Of a DNA stretch of 64,000 nucleotides, positions 61,505 to 64,000 are shown piece after piece. A program made the position numbers and the translations under genes. The stretch is from Eledone cirrhosa (Eukaryota): positions 3,410,001-3,474,000 of the forward strand of contig OZ024753.1 of NCBI GenBank assembly GCA_964016885.1, given 5' to 3'. Position 1 is the first letter of the stretch; each line of letters starts with the position of its first letter. The notes below the pieces were generated by a model. That model was not told the origin of the DNA. It ran no database searches and saw nothing but the letters and a program-made list of their open reading frames with translations.

Positions 61505-61506
<2 letters not shown>
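61335..61506 (-). mobile_element. 3' end of the same RTE-like LINE
   Basis: WEPLHGHTRRGRPRLTYVDALRTDTG..RWRELVHGSREFYPP*. Confidence 0.75.
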
Positions 61507-61562
<56 letters not shown>

Positions 61563-61566
<4 letters not shown>

Positions 61567-61872
61567 GATATTAACAAATGGAAACTATATTTATAAAACA
61601 GACTATCCGGGAGCTTCCAACAGTAATGGTTGCATTCTTTAAGGGTATGTCAATATTTATTTATAAAACTGCTCTATATTATATTTTATCTGATGAAAGC
61701 ACACCATAATTTAACTTGGTGTCCTTGAAATATGTATAATGAAATAAATATGGTTTTATAAATATAGTTTCCATTTGTTAATATCGTATTTTTCTCCAAT
61801 TATTTGTTGAGTGCTTTATATCAGTTATAAAAATATTTGCTTGTTGTATCCCAACAATTTAAATAGAACTTT

Positions 61873-61875
<3 letters not shown>
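61563..61875. mobile_element. Penelope-like element with 37-bp inverted arm and tail (family R61)
   Basis: Inverted repeat at 61563-61599 and 61753-61789, tail at 61790-61875, (TA)n flanks. Confidence 0.75.
61682..61746 (+). ncRNA. Type I hammerhead ribozyme (family R61)
   Basis: UAUUUUAU-CUGAUGA-AAG C ACACCA..UGGUGU C CUU-GAAA-UAUGUA-UA-AUGAAAUA, with an 8-bp helix I and an intact core. Confidence 0.8.
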
Positions 61876-61917
<42 letters not shown>

Positions 61918-62025
61918 ACATAGATAGATATAAGTGGTTCTGTAGATTCGATTTGTAGTTTTCAGACGAAGGTACCGAAATCAACATTATTATGCTAAGG
62001 CAGAGTGTTTATATTAAAGACAAAG

Positions 62026-62081
62026 CGAGGTTTCATATTAATTATTTTAGTGATCATACATAGACTTAATATGAAACCTCG
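62026..62081. repeat. 16-bp inverted repeat ending at (TA)n
   Basis: cgaggtttcatattaa / ttaatatgaaacctcg. Confidence 0.6.
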
Positions 62082-62085
62082 TTTT

Positions 62086-62158
<73 letters not shown>

Positions 62159-62208
62159 GAGAGAAAGAGAGAGAGAGAAATAGACAGATAAATAGATAAA
62201 TGTATGTA

Positions 62209-62254
<46 letters not shown>

Positions 62255-62344
62255 GACATATATAAGATATAATTAAAAAAAAAATAGATAGATAACGAGA
62301 GAGGTAAACAGACGTAGAAACAGAGTCATATATATGTATGTATG

Positions 62345-62442
<98 letters not shown>

Positions 62443-62734
62443 GAGGGGTTGCTAGATAAATTGGTAAATGTATATGCTGACATATTGCAAGATATATACA
62501 TCAACAAACTCGATATAAAAGAGGAAACGTGCAGACGTATTATTCTGTATTCATTTCGGTTGGGGATTTGTTTAATTCTCATTCTTCAATTTCAGTTGAT
62601 TCCAAACGAGGTGATGAGGTAAGTGTGGAGATGGAATGCATAATTATTATCCTTAGAGGTTCATATAGAGATATCACATGAAATACACGTGCACGAACGA
62701 AGACAAAGAAGACGAAATGTTTATGATACTCACC

Positions 62735-62789
<55 letters not shown>

Positions 62790-62859
62790 TTAATTATACT
62801 ATTTATGGTTATGCAAATACAAAAACCTTTTGCAGTTATATATATTTGTATAAACCCTA

Positions 62860-63157
62860 AATAGTGGTAGGCAGTAATATATTACTACCTTATTACCAGT
62901 AAGTTAAATAGCTCAATGTAAAAACATCAATTGATTTACAGAGCAGTTATATGAATTATAAGAATCAAAGAACTGTTCAATGAATGTTGACCCACAATAT
63001 TTGCATATGTATCTCTATGACTCTTGGGTGAAAAGGAGGTCATATAAGTGTTCATTCAATAATAAATTGCTCCGAAGAAACCAAACCTCGGTTTGGAGGA
63101 AACAGTTGTAAGCATAAAAATGTTTCGAACAGTTCTTTGATTCTTATAATTCATATA
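62860..63157. mobile_element. Penelope-like element, family T
   Basis: 31-bp inverted repeat at 62948-62978 and 63127-63157 enclosing the ribozyme. The left tail boundary is approximate; (TA)n lies on the right. Confidence 0.65.
63068..63114 (+). ncRNA. Hammerhead ribozyme, U4C core variant (family T)
   Basis: UGCU-CCGAAGA-AA-CCAAAC CUCG GUUUGG-AG-GAAA-CAGUUG-UA-AGCA. Confidence 0.7.
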
Positions 63158-63173
63158 TATATATATATATATA

Positions 63174-63514
<341 letters not shown>

Positions 63515-63742
63515 CAGAGGAAACAGTTACGCACAATATATGCATACTTGCATATGCATTCATAGATAAACACGCATCAAGAAAAACACAATATAAATAT
63601 ATATATATGTGTGCGTGTGTGTGTGTGTCCGGTTTAATCGGGGTAACCACAGTAAGTAAGGTAATCAATACATAGCAGAGTATAATAATATAGAAATTGC
63701 TTCTACAGTACTAGAACTGCCTTATTCGAAGGACATCATCAT

Positions 63743-63781
<39 letters not shown>

Positions 63782-63788
63782 GAGAATT

Positions 63789-63990
63789 TATAGAGAATTT
63801 AGTATATCTACTAACATATGCGTACAGATGTACGCTAATACCAGCAAATACACAGGTTATGTCATAGTACCTAGGTGGTTCAATGCAGGAGGAAGCAGAA
63901 CCACCTAGGTACTATGACATAACCTGTGTATTTGCTGGCATTAGCGTACATCTGTACGCATATGTTAGTAGATATACTAAATTCTCTATA
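63789..63990. repeat. 93-bp-arm inverted repeat adjacent to a TA tract
   Basis: Arms at 63789-63881 and 63898-63990 with one mismatch and a 16-nt loop; no canonical hammerhead core seen. Confidence 0.85.
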
Positions 63991-64000
63991 TGTATCTCCA

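Overview
AT-rich, microsatellite-saturated eukaryotic non-coding DNA. The repeat content suggests a mollusc, probably an octopus, but this is inference only. There is no supportable host protein-coding gene; almost all ORFs in the track are translations of (TA)n/(GT)n/(GA)n or trinucleotide repeats. Ordinary content: about 15 copies of a tRNA-derived SINE (several with target-site duplications, TSDs), a second CORE-like SINE, RTE-like and CRE-like LINE 3' remnants, a ~195-bp MITE family with 6-bp TSDs, a mariner-type MITE, two minisatellite arrays and a 200-N gap. The main signal is more than 20 short elements from at least 9 unrelated sequence families. They abut (TA)n tracts, are often asymmetric fold-back palindromes with a family-fixed unpaired 'tail', and carry minimal type I hammerhead ribozymes. 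About 10 have an intact catalytic core, including a U3-A8 covariant, a U4C variant and one with a 69-nt insert in helix II. This fits non-autonomous termini (pseudo-LTRs) of Penelope-like retroelements (PLEs). Fold-back points cluster in the ribozyme 5' half, and a shared TTGAGY motif recurs in tails of different families. All folds were assigned by eye and need computational and biochemical confirmation.
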